Shown: positions 1 through 11,702 of the stretch, piece by piece
How the letters are laid out: every line of letters starts with the position of its first letter
Position numbering within the stretch: the stretch's first letter is position 1
Program-made: the position numbers and the translations under genes
From: Podarcis liolepis
Taxonomy: Eukaryota
Direction: 5' to 3' (one strand)
Assembly: GCA_965112155.1 (NCBI GenBank)
Contig: OZ218101.1
Length of the DNA stretch: 64,000 bases
Notes under the pieces: model-generated
Told to the model about the DNA's origin: nothing
Database searches by the model: none
Seen by the model: the letters and a program-made list of their open reading frames with translations, nothing else

Positions 1-320
1 ATCAGTACAGGCCAGCCCTTTACAGGCTGGGAGATGTAATCCACTGGGAGCAGTCAAATACAACATTCCTTGTTTAGCTACAGTGGACATGCAAGGGAAT
101 ATTTGTTCCAGCCAGTTGAAACTTAACTGCTCCTCCTGGCCTGGAGCATCCTTGCTTGCATGTGACTAGTGGGTGGGCGTGACCTTTCCAGACCTGGTAA
201 AAGGACAAGGCATGCTGCTACTCTCTCTCTCTTTTCCATCTTCCTTTCATCTTGTGAACTTCCTGGAATGTAATGCTGGCTACCAGCCAAGCAGTCCCCC
301 AGGTCATCTCCCTTATGGTA

Positions 321-674
321 CAGTGGTGCCTCGCAAGACGAAATTAATTTGTTCCGCGAGTTTTTTCGTCTAGCGAATTTTTCGTCTTGCGAAGCACGGT
401 GTCGGACAAGTTTTGGAAAAGCTTCAAAAATCACCAACGTCTTCAAAAACCTCAAAAAAGGCTACCACACCGCGTTCTATGAGTTGCTCCTCGAAGTCAA
501 GTTGCAACTCTATTAACAGTGTTAAGAAAAAGGAAACAAACTTGCAAGACGTTTTCGTCTTGCAAAGCAAGCCCATAGGGAAATTCGTCTTGCGAAGCAG
601 CTCAAAAACCGTAAAACCCTTTCGTCTAGCGAGTTTTTCGTCTTGCAAGGCATTCGTCTTGCGGGGCACCACTG
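321..674. mobile_element. Non-autonomous Tc1/mariner-pogo (Tigger-like) MITE
   Basis: TIRs CAGTGGTGCCTCGCAAGACGAA (321) and TTCGTCTTGCGGGGCACCACTG (674). TA on both sides (319-320, 675-676). Multiple internal TTCGTCTTGC/TTCGTCTAGCGA sub-repeats. Confidence 0.9.
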
Positions 675-2926
675 TATAAGCCTATTAGTATAAGCTTGTA
701 AATTTAAGCCTAAAGCCTGCCTTCAGGGATCACACTGTGCTCTGCCTGATCATGAGTAAACTTCCTTTTTATTGCTTATGTATAAGACTTTGGTGTCTTT
801 ATTCTTTTACGAGGAGTTCAAGGGATCTTACCAGGAAAGTATTAGAACACATTTCAAGCTGGACAAGCCAGATTGAATTGTGTATTGTCTTAAGAAACTC
901 ACACGAGTTTGCATCTAGTTTTCTGTTATGTGAAGGGGAATGCACTCTGCTAAGTAAAGGAACTTGATAGCGCAAGTTAGGAAGGATATTAATGAACAAT
1001 ATATCCTCTCCTGCCTCTCTGAACATTCCCACAGGGGTCTCATTGACCCATTGACCCATGGTCAACCCTGGGGGGGGTGTCTCACAAAAAACCTTTTAGC
1101 ATCACAGAATCACAGCAGTGGACACATATAGTAGTTGTCTACTCCGGTAGGTCCCTTGTGTGATGCCGTGATGCCAAGAGAATTTTTGAGGACCGCCCCC
1201 CCCATCATGAAACAAGGGACACTAGGAGTAGTCAACTACTGTATTTGTGTATCAGATAGGGAGGGCAAAAAATAGATCGGGGGGGCAGTTGTGGTCTAAG
1301 GTGTAGGTTTGTCACCATGCTGTAAACTAACACTGGAAGTTTCCCCATTTAGCCCTCAACAGGGGTCTTGGTAGAAAGGCACATATCATTAAGTATTGCT
1401 TTGGTGTGAGATGCTCCTTTCCTTCAACTGGGCACGTGCTGAACTTCTCACACACTTCCTGTTTAAATGCATGTAACGCATCACACCTCAAACCAATCTG
1501 CCCCCTACTGTCTGTATTGAGTCACGAAGCCTTTCCATGCACTCCTACAGTTCTCTGTCACACATTATTCATTGTGTAGCACGTTTTCTGCAGGTGTTAT
1601 TACATCAAAGAACCCATTTGCGTGGGAAAGCACCTCCTACAAACTTTTGCTTTGCATGTGAGGAAACAATTAATAAGTCCAATGTATTAATTAGAGCAAC
1701 TATCAAGAAGGAGTATTATTTAGAAATTGGTAACACTGCAAGGGGCTCAGCATGTTTTCAGAGTAGCAGAAATAATTACATGCTGCCTTGCAACTCCCGA
1801 TTCCCTGATTGGTAGGAATGTTACTTATTTACTTTTTGCAATTTCTGTCCCGCCACATGACTCCAAAGTTCCAGGGGCAGCCACTCTTAGTAGTGCTTTT
1901 TGGTGCATGAGTTAATTCGTATAATTGGTTTTTCAAACACATCTAGATTTGCATTTTATGTATGAAAAGTGGGGGCAAAGCTTATAATTATATATCTGGT
2001 GATTGATTAATTAATTACAGATTATTTGGCAGGCCTAAAAATAAGCCCATTGGTTACTTTGACCTTGAAAAAACATGATTCGGTATTTCAATACTGCTCT
2101 GTTCTGACCTTTAGCAGAGCCATAGTAGGTCACTTCCGAACAGGGCAATCTAGCATCAGAAACAGCTTGCCAGATGAGATGGAGCTGCAATGCCATCTTC
2201 CTGGTAGCTTTCTTGGGAGGGAGAGGGTTGAGGCAGTGGGGAGGTTAGCATGGTGCAAACACACCAGCAGAGTCAACCCATCACTCCTGCTGGTGTATGT
2301 GCACTGAGCCAGCTTCCTCACCACCTCACCCTTCTCCAGACAAGCAAGAACAACCCACCTGCCAGAAAGCTAGCATAGCAGTTCTGCCCCACCCTGTAAT
2401 ATCATTACTGCAGGCCCTGTTTCAACTAACCTGTCTGTCAGAGGAGCAGTTTGTCTATGGAATGTCCTCCATAGAGTGGTATGCAAAAAAGTTAAAAGAA
2501 AATTTGGAAAGACATTTTAAACTTCTTCATTATTTTTAAATCTGGTTTGAATTTCTGTTTTTATCTGCCATTTTTATCCAAAGCAGCCAGCCTTCAGGGC
2601 GCTAGAAACCAAATTTTGCTAGGGATGCAGCTAGGAAATAGACTGGGGTGTGGTGGAGATGTCTACAGTTCAAAGGGGTTATTGGAATCATCCTTGCATA
2701 TTTGTGTATGTTTTCTCAGTTCCAGGACTTTCATCGCTCTCTGTTCTCTTCTCTTAATTCCTGGACTCTCCTTTGCCTGTTACTTGTAACAATGATAAAC
2801 ACTGTGGTTTTAGAATCTGGGCTTCTAGGATTCTTTGAGTGTTATCGTACGGTCCCCTTTCTGTTCTGTGAGGCTGTCAGAGCACTATCAAGGACATGAA
2901 TAGTCTCCACTTCTGACACCACGTAA

Positions 2927-3028
2927 AATCATAGAATCGTAGAATTTTAGATTTGGAAGGGACCCAAGGGTCATCTAGTCCAACCCCCTGCAATGCAGGA
3001 ATCACAGCTACAGCAACTATGACAGATG
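2927..3028 (-). mobile_element. CR1 LINE 3' end fragment
   Basis: ATCATAGAATCGTAGAA tail followed by GGAAGGGACCCAAGGGTCATCTAGTCCAACCCCCTGCAATGCAGG, the reverse of the typical CR1 3' UTR. Homologous to 15815-16166 and 39281-39448. Confidence 0.85.
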
Positions 3029-3345
3029 TAGGATAAGCAGAAAGTGAAGACACCATGTTGGAAACATAATTAATTTTGTTTCCCTACTTATAACCTTCCT
3101 TTACAGCACTACCTTGTTTTTATACAATTAGCACAACAGTATGTTTTGTTTATATGATTGTTTGACTAATATTTTTATGTTTGTAAGTAACATAGAAATC
3201 TATGGATATATGGTGGGATTAAAATAGAAATTAAATAAATGGGTAATCCCATGTCATTTGCTTGAGAATAACTCAAATTAAACTCAGTAGGATTTATCTC
3301 TGAGTAAACATGCAAGGGATCAGGTTGAGAATCTAAAATTTGTCT

Positions 3346-3865
3346 TTTTTTCATAACATTTTATCAATTTTCCAACAATAACAAAAACAAAACAAACATC
3401 AATAAAAACAAAATAAAACAGATTGACTTCCCCTTATTTCCTTCCTTGGTTCCATTGTATATCAATGTACTACATGTCCATTATAAAGTTTTAACCATTT
3501 GAATTACTTATTGTCCATCCATAATAAAATTACAAGTATTCTTAAAACCCTGCCAGTGTATTAACCTGTGTACATTGCTTTGGTATATATGCAGTAAAGT
3601 CCTTCCATTCTTCCTTAAATTCTCTTCCTCTTAATTTCATTGTCAGTTTTGCCATTTCAGCATATTTCATTAATTTAACTTGCCAATCTTCTTTAGCTAA
3701 GACACTTTCTTCTTTCCAATGTTGTGCTAATGTTCATGCAGCCATAGTTGCATACATAAACAAGTTCTTTTGTGATCTTGGTAAATCCATTCCTGTGATA
3801 CCTACTAGGAAAGCTTCTGGGTTTTTGGCAGAGGTTATTTTAAACATCTTCTTCATTTCATTATA
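3346..3865 (-). mobile_element. 5'-truncated L1 LINE (ORF2 C-terminus + 3' UTR)
   Basis: 19-bp TSD GAGA(A/T)TCTAAAATTTGTCT at 3327-3345 and 3866-3884. T-run at the left end is the poly(A). Minus strand encodes YNEMKKMFKITSAKNPEAFLVG...LFMYATMAA*, homologous to the L1 at 38207-38833. Confidence 0.85.
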
Positions 3866-4239
3866 GAGATTCTAAAATTTGTCTATCGAATCTTGTTCTC
3901 TCTAAATGTCTCCAAACTCAGTTTAAGAAAGCTACAGAAACACTAACTACTGCATATGGCTAAGGCAGTGTTTCTAATTGCATGGTTCATTGCTGAAGAG
4001 ATTAAAACTGCACACCTACATGGTTATATATCCCACCGAACACAGGTGGATTGTGCATAGATTTAGTGACTGCAATATTAAATTAATAAAGCAGCTGGAT
4101 TTTGCACTCTCCATGGAAGCAGTTGATGCACAGTCAGCCACCATTAACAAAATGATGAAGGTTTTAGGTGGTTTTAACTCAGAGTAGATTCATTGAAATT
4201 CATGGGCCTAATTTCATCATAATCATTTAGTAAACTTTA

Positions 4240-4276
4240 GGTACGCGGGTGGCGCTGTGGTCTAAACCACAGAGCC

Positions 4277-4278
<2 letters not shown>
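4240..4278 (+). mobile_element. Sauria (Squam1) SINE, 5' portion, split by L2 insertion
   Basis: GGTACGCGGGTGGCGCTGTGGTCTAAACCACAGAGCCTA matches the head of the intact copy at 38905. The remainder resumes at about 6826-6843. Confidence 0.9.
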
Positions 4279-4317
<39 letters not shown>

Positions 4318-6825
4318 TTATTTATATCCCGCCCTCCCCAGCCTAAGCCGGGCTCAGGGCGGCTAACAACAATAAAACAGTACAAAAGTACAGCACAAAC
4401 AACACTCTAAAATCATTCATTATAAAATTAATTCGAATCAAGCCACTGGCAACTATTGGGCCAGAGCTCCACGAAGATTGCCGAGGGAGGGAGTCAGGCT
4501 GTGCTCTGGCCAAAGGCCTGGTGGAACAACTCTGTCTTGCAGGCCCTGCGGAAAGATGTCAAGTCCCGCAGGGCCCTAGTCTCTTGTGACAGAGGGTTCC
4601 ACCAGATCGGAGCCACAGCCGAAAAAGCCCTGGCTCTAGTTGAGGCCAGCCTAACTTCTCTGTGGCTTGGGACCTTCAAGATGTTTTTATTTGAAGACCG
4701 TAAGTTTCTCTGTAGGGCATACCAGGAGAGGCGGTCCCATAGGTACGAGGGTCCTAGGCCGTATAGGGCTTTAAAGGTTAAAACCAGCACCTTAAACCTG
4801 ATCCTGTACTCCACTGGGAGCCAGTGCAGCTGGTATAGCACCGGGTGAATGGGATCTCGCAGCGAAGACCCCATAAGGAGTCTCGCTGCAGCATTCTGCA
4901 CCCGCTGGAGTTTCTGGGTCAGTCTCAAGGGCAGCCCCACATAGAGCGAGTTACAATAATCCAGTCTGGAGGTGACCGTCGTGTGGATCACAGTGGCTAG
5001 GTCAGGGCGAGAGAGGTAAGGAGACAACTGCTTAGCTTGGCGGAGATGGAAAAATGCCGCCTTTGTTATAGCTGCAATCTGCGCTTCCATGGAAAGGGAG
5101 GTGTCGAAGATTACACCCAAACTCTTAACGGACGGTGCTGGCACTAATTGCGCCCCCGCAAGAGATGGGAGTAGCCCCCCAATCCCATATCGTCCCGTCC
5201 CAGCCACAGAACCTCTGTCTTCGAAGGATTTAGCTTCAACCGGCTCCCACGTAACCATCCAGCCACAGCTTCCAAACATCTGGTCAGTGTGTCTGGGGCC
5301 GAGTCAGGATGGCCATCCATCAACAGATAGAGTTGGGTGTCATCGGCATACTGATGGCAACCCAGCCCAAAACTCCAGACAAGCTGGGTGAGGGGGCGCA
5401 TAAAGATGTTGAAAAGCATCGGGGAGAGTATCGCACCCTGAGGTACTCCACACACCAAGGAGTGGTACGATGACAATTCCCCCCCAAGCGCCACCCTTTG
5501 TCCCCGACCAGAGAGAAACGAGCACAGCCATTGAAGGACTGTGCCCTGGATCCCCATGTCGGCAAGGCGGTGGTCCAGGAGTTCGTGATCGACCATGTCA
5601 AAAGCTGCTGACAGATCTAGAAGAATCAGCAGCCCCGACCCACCTCGATCCAGCTGTCTACGAAGATCATCTGTTAGGGCGACCAGAGCTGTCTCGGTCC
5701 CATGACCAGTGCGGAAGCCGGACTGGAATGGATCCAGAGCCGATGTTTCATCCAGAAACCCACCAAGCTGTTCAGCAACCACTCTCTCAATCACCTTACC
5801 CAGGAATGGAAGATTCGAAACCGGGCAGTAATTGGATAGATCTAAAGATTTTAATGATGTTTTCTTTAAGAGCAGGCACACCACTGCCTCCTTCAGTTCC
5901 CCTGAGAATGTCCCCGTGCCAAGGGATAAATTGATGATATCCCCCAGGAGGGCCCGCACCTCGTCTGGACCCGCTCTAATCAGCTAAGACGGGCACCGGT
6001 CGAGAGGACAGGTGGTGGGCTTTCCAGCTCGGAGGAGTCTGTCCACATCGGTTGGGGATATCCGGTCGAAGTGGTCCAATCCTGGACCTGAGGACAGTCA
6101 AGGGGCCTCCAGCTCCTTTATTGTATCCAAATTGGCAGGGAGGTCATGGTGGAGCAACAAGACCTTCTCCGCAAAAAAGCTCGCAAATGCCTCACAGCTG
6201 TGTGTCAAATTGTTATTTAAATTTGGCTGTCCCTCAAGGGATGTTAAAGACCTGATTATACTAAATAATTGCGCCGGGCGAGAGCTGGCGGATGCAATGG
6301 AGGCCAAGAAGTAAGACTTCTTAGCAGCCTTCACCGCCATCTTGTAGGTTTTCATAAAAGCCCTATAAGATGCTCTTGAGGCTCCGTCACGGGCGCCCCG
6401 CCATACTCGCTCTAGCCGTCTGAGGTCACGCTTCATTTTCCGGAGCTCCTCGGTAAACCAGGGAGCCCGGTTTCTGTGGGGTCGCAGAGGGCACTTAGCT
6501 GCAATCTCATCGATGGCTGCCAGGAGCTGGATATTCCAGCCCTCAACAAGCTCAGTCAATGAGTCGCCAGGGGGAGCAAGGTCCCGCAAGGCTTGGCGGA
6601 ATCTATCAGGGTCCATCAGCCTCTGCGGGCGAGCCCAAATCGGCTCGCCACCTAAGCAGGGTGGGGGTGGAAAGTCAGTTCTGGCTTTCAGAGTGTAGTG
6701 ATCAGACCATGGCACCTTCATCGAAGGAGACATGATCACATCTATACCTACGCCAAAGATCAAATCCAGCGTGTGGCCTGCTTGATGCGTGGGGCCTGAA
6801 ACAAACTGGGAGAGCCCTAGTGTCG
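4277..6825 (-). mobile_element. 5'-truncated L2 LINE, about 2.55 kb
   Basis: (TTA)n tail (plus-strand TAA run 4277-4315), 3' UTR, and three overlapping/adjacent minus-strand ORFs with RT and L2 motifs. CpG-rich, so relatively young. Confidence 0.95.
4494..6825 (-). pseudogene. L2 ORF2 (end of AP-endonuclease + reverse transcriptase), disrupted
   Basis: ORFs 6098-6763 (VPWSDH endonuclease end, APWFTEEL), 5144-5959 (PVSNLPFLGKVIE, FQSGFR..HGTETAL, LLDLSAAFD, GVPQGAILSP, YADD) and 4494-5279 (SRLDYCNSL, LQRVQNAAARL, LHWLPVEYRIRFK). Broken by frameshifts and stops. Confidence 0.93.
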
Positions 6826-7155
6826 AGGTCTTGCCGATCAGACTTGCCGATCAGAATGTTGGCAGTTTGAATCCCCGCAACGGGGTGAACTCCCATTGCT
6901 TGGGCCCTGCTCCTGCCAACCTAGCAGTTCGAAAGCACATCAAAGTGCAAGTAGATAAATAGGTGCCGCTCCAGCGGGAAGGTAAACGGCATTTCCGTGC
7001 ACTGCTCTGGTTCACCAGAAGCGGCTTAGTCATGCTGGCCACATGACCCGGAAGCTGTACACTGGCTCCCTCGGACAATAAAGTGAGATGAGCGCCGCAA
7101 CCCCAGAGTCGTCCGCGACTGGACCTAATGATCAGGGGTTTCTTTACCTTTACCT
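6826..7155 (+). mobile_element. Sauria (Squam1) SINE, 3' portion
   Basis: CTTGCCGATCAGAATGTTGGCAGTTTGAATCCCC...GTGCAAGTAGATAAATAGGT...CATGCTGGCCACATGACC..., ending in the TTTACCTTTACC tail. Confidence 0.93.
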
Positions 7156-9581
7156 AGGTAAATGCCATCCTTTATTTTACTTTAAAAGCACTTCTAAACT
7201 GCTTAAACATGTGTAGACAGTATACAAGAATACAACATCAAAACTAGAAAGCAGTGTAATAAAATCAGATACCAAAAGCAAAAGAAAACATAAACATTAA
7301 GTCTTAGTATTAGAAAGTGGAGGAAACAAGCCAAGGGAGAGCCTGGCTCAAGACTGCAGCTGTATCTGTTTGATGAAGACTGTACCTGCTTTTTCTCTCA
7401 TTGCAGCTACGCCATACCCAATGAACAGCTTGCAATAAAAAGAATTGCAGAAGTAATCCTTGTAAAAGGCAATGAAAAAGCAAAAGGCTAAGGGAAATTA
7501 CATAGGATGAGAGCTCAGCAGTGAAGAGCAAGTTATTTTTCAGTAAGGATAAAAAAAGCATACCTTTAAAAATTTCAAATAATATTTACATAGGAAACAC
7601 CAAAATACAACCATTTAGGGTTTCTGGAACAACTATCAATATTTTTGATGAAGTAACTCATTTAGGTCTGGCCCAGAACTTGAGCATGCAAGCCTTACAG
7701 GATATTAATATGGGTCCTGAGAAGGTAAAATTAAACACCAATTCTCTGCTACTGTAAAAAATTTAAAATACAGAGAATATCACAAACTATGTTGCTGGAA
7801 GGAATTTAGCTGTCGTGTTAGGCTTTAAAACAGCTGTCAAACATATCAACAAATAAAAATGCCTTGGCCATATCAGTGTATATGGCAAGTCTCAAGAGAG
7901 AGATGACTCCCTCCTAAAAGCAATATTTGAGCAGAGAAATGACAGAAATTGTGAAATCTTCAGCAATTCTGTATAATTAAATAGACACAAATTTCCTAAG
8001 GATAGGGATCTCAGCATACCCAAAGAAGTGCAATACACTGGCATTTCAAACAGCAAAAGCACTAGGCAATGTAAGTCAGATACAAAGCCTAGCAAGACTT
8101 ATCCGCTCTGTCTTAAAATGCATTCCCAAATATTCGATACTCGCAGATGCTGCAATGCTTAACCATGCAAAATGTGGAATCGAAAGTAGCTAAGAAATAA
8201 CAGAGGTCTACAAGCTGTAAGAGAAAAAATTAAAAGATCAGGGCAGTGGCATATCTAGTTCAGCATCCTGTTGTCTATGTTTCTGTATGTGTACTACGAA
8301 AAGCATAGTATGGAAATTTCCATTGTTCTAGGCAAGAGCTGCAGAGAGCTGAACAGTTAATGATTAAGTGAGAATGTCTCTCTGCTAGTTCTGTCAGGTG
8401 TTTAACTTAGATCACATGAAAAGAATTCAGTTACAGGTCTCCATTCTGAGTGTGTTAGTGGTTCTTTGTCTGAAGCACCAAAGAGAAAGGATGTGCTAAT
8501 GATCCGCTCCAGAATGAACAGCCTCAGGCTGGAATGCAGGCTGTTTGGGAGAGGCAGGGCATTGATTTCATCTCTGGAGGAATATATTTCATAGTTCTAA
8601 GATACATTACCTGTGCTGGGATCAGCACATGATTTAATGCAACTACCTGGATGTAACATTATTGTTTTAAGTTTGTTTTGGAGCAAGTTCTGTTAGTAAA
8701 GCTTTTGAGCAATATTTTGGACTGGACAATTTTTATTTGAAGAAGAGTCCATTTTTATTCACCCTATTGCTTCCAAATGTGCAATATTAATAACCCCTTA
8801 TATGGAATGAAATATGAGTTTGATCCATGGTTAATTATCTTAATTTAGGGACTTAGTCATCACTAACTTAAGTTCCATTGATTTTGGTGGGTCTGTTCTA
8901 AGTATAACCAGGTCTGGCTTTAGTCCTATGACTTGGAACAGTACAAGGAAACATTAAAGAAGTTTGTACAAGCAATAGAGGGTCTTTATGTGCAATGGAT
9001 GCCATCTATAGTGTACAAAGGATTAAGAATTCTACCGCTATGGTATGTCAAATGCCAGGAAAATGTATGTCTTGCCTACAGATTGAGGATAAACCTTTTG
9101 CTGAACCTGCTGGGGTAAAAAAAACTTTTAAAATTTATATCCCCAGAATCTCTTGACCAAAGGCCAACGTTTTTAACCACATTTTATTTCTACATTATAG
9201 TGAAAGGAAACCATAGTAAAGTCTGCACAGTATGATAATGACAAAGAAAGGTCATGATAGGCTAATTTTAATGGATTATAAGCAATCAAATATAAGATGA
9301 AGATATGATGATGCCCTGAAATATGCCTCTTGTTTTTCACACACACACCCCAAAAAGAGGAAACAAGAATAGCAAATTTGATAAGCTTCAAGGCTTAGCT
9401 ATGCACATAATTTAGTTTCAGATTGTTTCCATGTTGAGATTTTATAAACGTTTTGTTCATTGAAATATAGCCGTGTCTCAGGAGAGTCGTGAATGACAGG
9501 AGTAATAGCTTTGCAGCATGTTAAAATGCAATATTTGTTTTCAAAGCTTGCTCAGGCTGAAATCCTGAAAATACTTATTTA

Positions 9582-9860
9582 TATAGGTGCCAACTATAGG
9601 GGGCCCTGGGGGCCCGGGCACCCACAAAAAAAATGTGGGTATTCAGCGCCCACAGCACAGGCTCTGACATGACTTCTGGTTTCTACCAAAAGTCATCTGC
9701 CTCCAACGTGACTTCCAGGACAAACCAGAAGTTGTGTTGGAGGTCTAATGAGGCCTTGGACCTGATCTCTCTGCCAGGTCTCGGATGCAATTTTGGTACA
9801 AACCAGGAATCACATTGGAGATCTCATGAGGCCTCGAACATGATCTCCAAGGCCCTGCAC
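9582..9860. mobile_element. Degenerate hAT-like MITE
   Basis: TAGGTGCCAACTATAGGGGGCCCTGGGGGCCCGGGCACCCAC end, GC-rich against an AT-rich background, with internal repeated ACAAACCAG(G/A)A motifs. Right boundary and TSD not resolved. Confidence 0.4.
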
Positions 9861-11468
9861 CTTACTTAATAAGGATCACAAACAAGACAATATACTCCTC
9901 CCCTCCCGGGGCTTTTCCCTGCAGGATCCTGTGAAATTCACTGTGCAAGGTGACACTATCATTTCTCTGTTGAGAAATCATCCAAAAGATGATCAAGGCT
10001 GATAATGGGTGGTGATTGCTTTTGTACATTTCATTTGTCCAATTGGCTATTTCACTCCTTTTACATGCACTGGTGACATTGTAGAGATGAGCCTTCAGTG
10101 ACAGTGTGTGGCTCTTAATGTTCCACAGCAACTCAGGGGACTGGAATTCAGCAAAATGTATCCAGGCAGTTCTGGCTGCCAAGCAAAAACCAAGATTAAG
10201 AGAAGCAGCCAAACTGAAAACACTAGTTTCATCTTGACATCTTGTTTGATGGAAAAGACAGCAAGGTAGAGTAGCCTAATAATGATAAACTACCTGATTT
10301 TTTGAATTGTTAAATAACTAGAGCTAATAAATTATTGTTTCTCCTAGATCCTGCATGTTCTTAATTGCTGTCTTTTCTTCCCGTATAAATGCAGCAGTTT
10401 GGACATTGCTGAATCCAATTTGACTCAGAAGTGCTGATGAAAAATGTCAGGGCGCTATACAAGCAGGTCATCAAAATAGCCCTCCGTCATTCTTATTTGA
10501 TATTTGATGGAATCACGACAGCGACTTGCATAATAGACACTATGAATATTCATCCATATTATTTCTGTTCTCTATGTGACAACCAGATGACTCTTTCAGT
10601 GTATACACTTGTGCTTCACTTGAGCTGTACATAAGATGGCAATGTCAAAACACAGGTTGACTTTGTGATGATACCCATCTGTTTTCTTCTTTGGGTTTTA
10701 ATTATTGTGAACAATTTTGAGTCAAAGCCATCCGAAAATGAGCTAAAGCAGCAGGTGTGAGAACTTGAGTGGTAATCTTAGGAAATTTGTTAGAGGAAAT
10801 CAATAAAATACTATTAGCTTCAGATCTTATTGAAAGAACATGGGACAGTTTATTAAGGCAAGCGGCAAAAAGAAAAATGTGGGGGGGAGCCACACAATTA
10901 TGTTGCTTATGAAAATGTCACCTGTTGAGCTAATGAGTTAGCAAACTTGAAACTTGGCATGCATGATCTACCTGATGGGGCCTACTAATTTGCCAAATTT
11001 CAAAAGATTCAATAAAATTGCTACAGTTACAGCATGATAAAAAGTGCTGAAAAATTTGTCTTTTCACACCGTTTTCTAAGCAGTCATATCATGTATTTCT
11101 TTCCTATTTGGAGAGAACAACTGATACACACTATTCAAGTGTTTCAATGAAGGTAATCCTTTATTAATTTAGTGTAGATCTGAACAGGAGTTCAACACTT
11201 GTTAAGGTTTTCCTGCTCCATTAAAGTCTATAGCAGTAACTACTGGTAATATAAGGCAGACATGCACATAGGTATTTCTGAAGTCAAATTTTTGCCAGGT
11301 CTACAGCAGAGAGAGTCTTTTCTGGTTGCTATGTACAATATTTGTTCCTCTAAATAGGGGATATACAACAAAGTGGTTGAAATGTGACTTGTTAACCTTT
11401 TTGAACCCATGGGCGTGTTTGGAAACCTGATGAACTATCATGGAGAATAATGTCCCACAGCCACAAAT

Positions 11469-11702
11469 GTTGTTGTTTTTGTTTAGTCATTTAATTGTGT
11501 CCGACTCTTTGTGACCCCATGGACCAGAGCACACCAGGCACTCCTGTCTTCCACTGCCTCCTGCAGTTTGGTCAAACTCATGTTAGCAGCTTTGAGAACA
11601 CTGTCCAACCATCTCGTCCTCTGCCATCCCCTTCTCCTTCTGCCCTCAATCTTTCTCAACATCAAGGTCTTTTCCAGGGAGTCTTCTCATCTCATGAGGT
11701 GA
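11469..11702 (-). mobile_element. RTE-BovB LINE 3' fragment
   Basis: ORF 11483-11665 IEGRRRRGWQRTRWLDSV...AWCALVHGVTKSRTQLND is the BovB C-terminus. (CAA)n tail. 8-bp TSD CCACAAAT at 11461-11468 and 11703-11710. Confidence 0.93.

Noticed and set aside
123-679. Overlapping 80-110-aa ORFs
   Set aside because: They fall within the non-coding MITE at 321-674 and show no transposase motifs.
4456-6698. Plus-strand ORFs of 100-154 aa
   Set aside because: Antisense shadows of the GC-rich L2 ORF2.
7407-7491. Acceptor followed by YAIPNEQLAIKRIAEVILVKGNEKAKG*
   Set aside because: No recognisable homology and no supported upstream exon; compatible with chance.
9862-10212. 116-aa minus-strand ORF
   Set aside because: Non-ATG start, no domain or motif, no clear exon borders.
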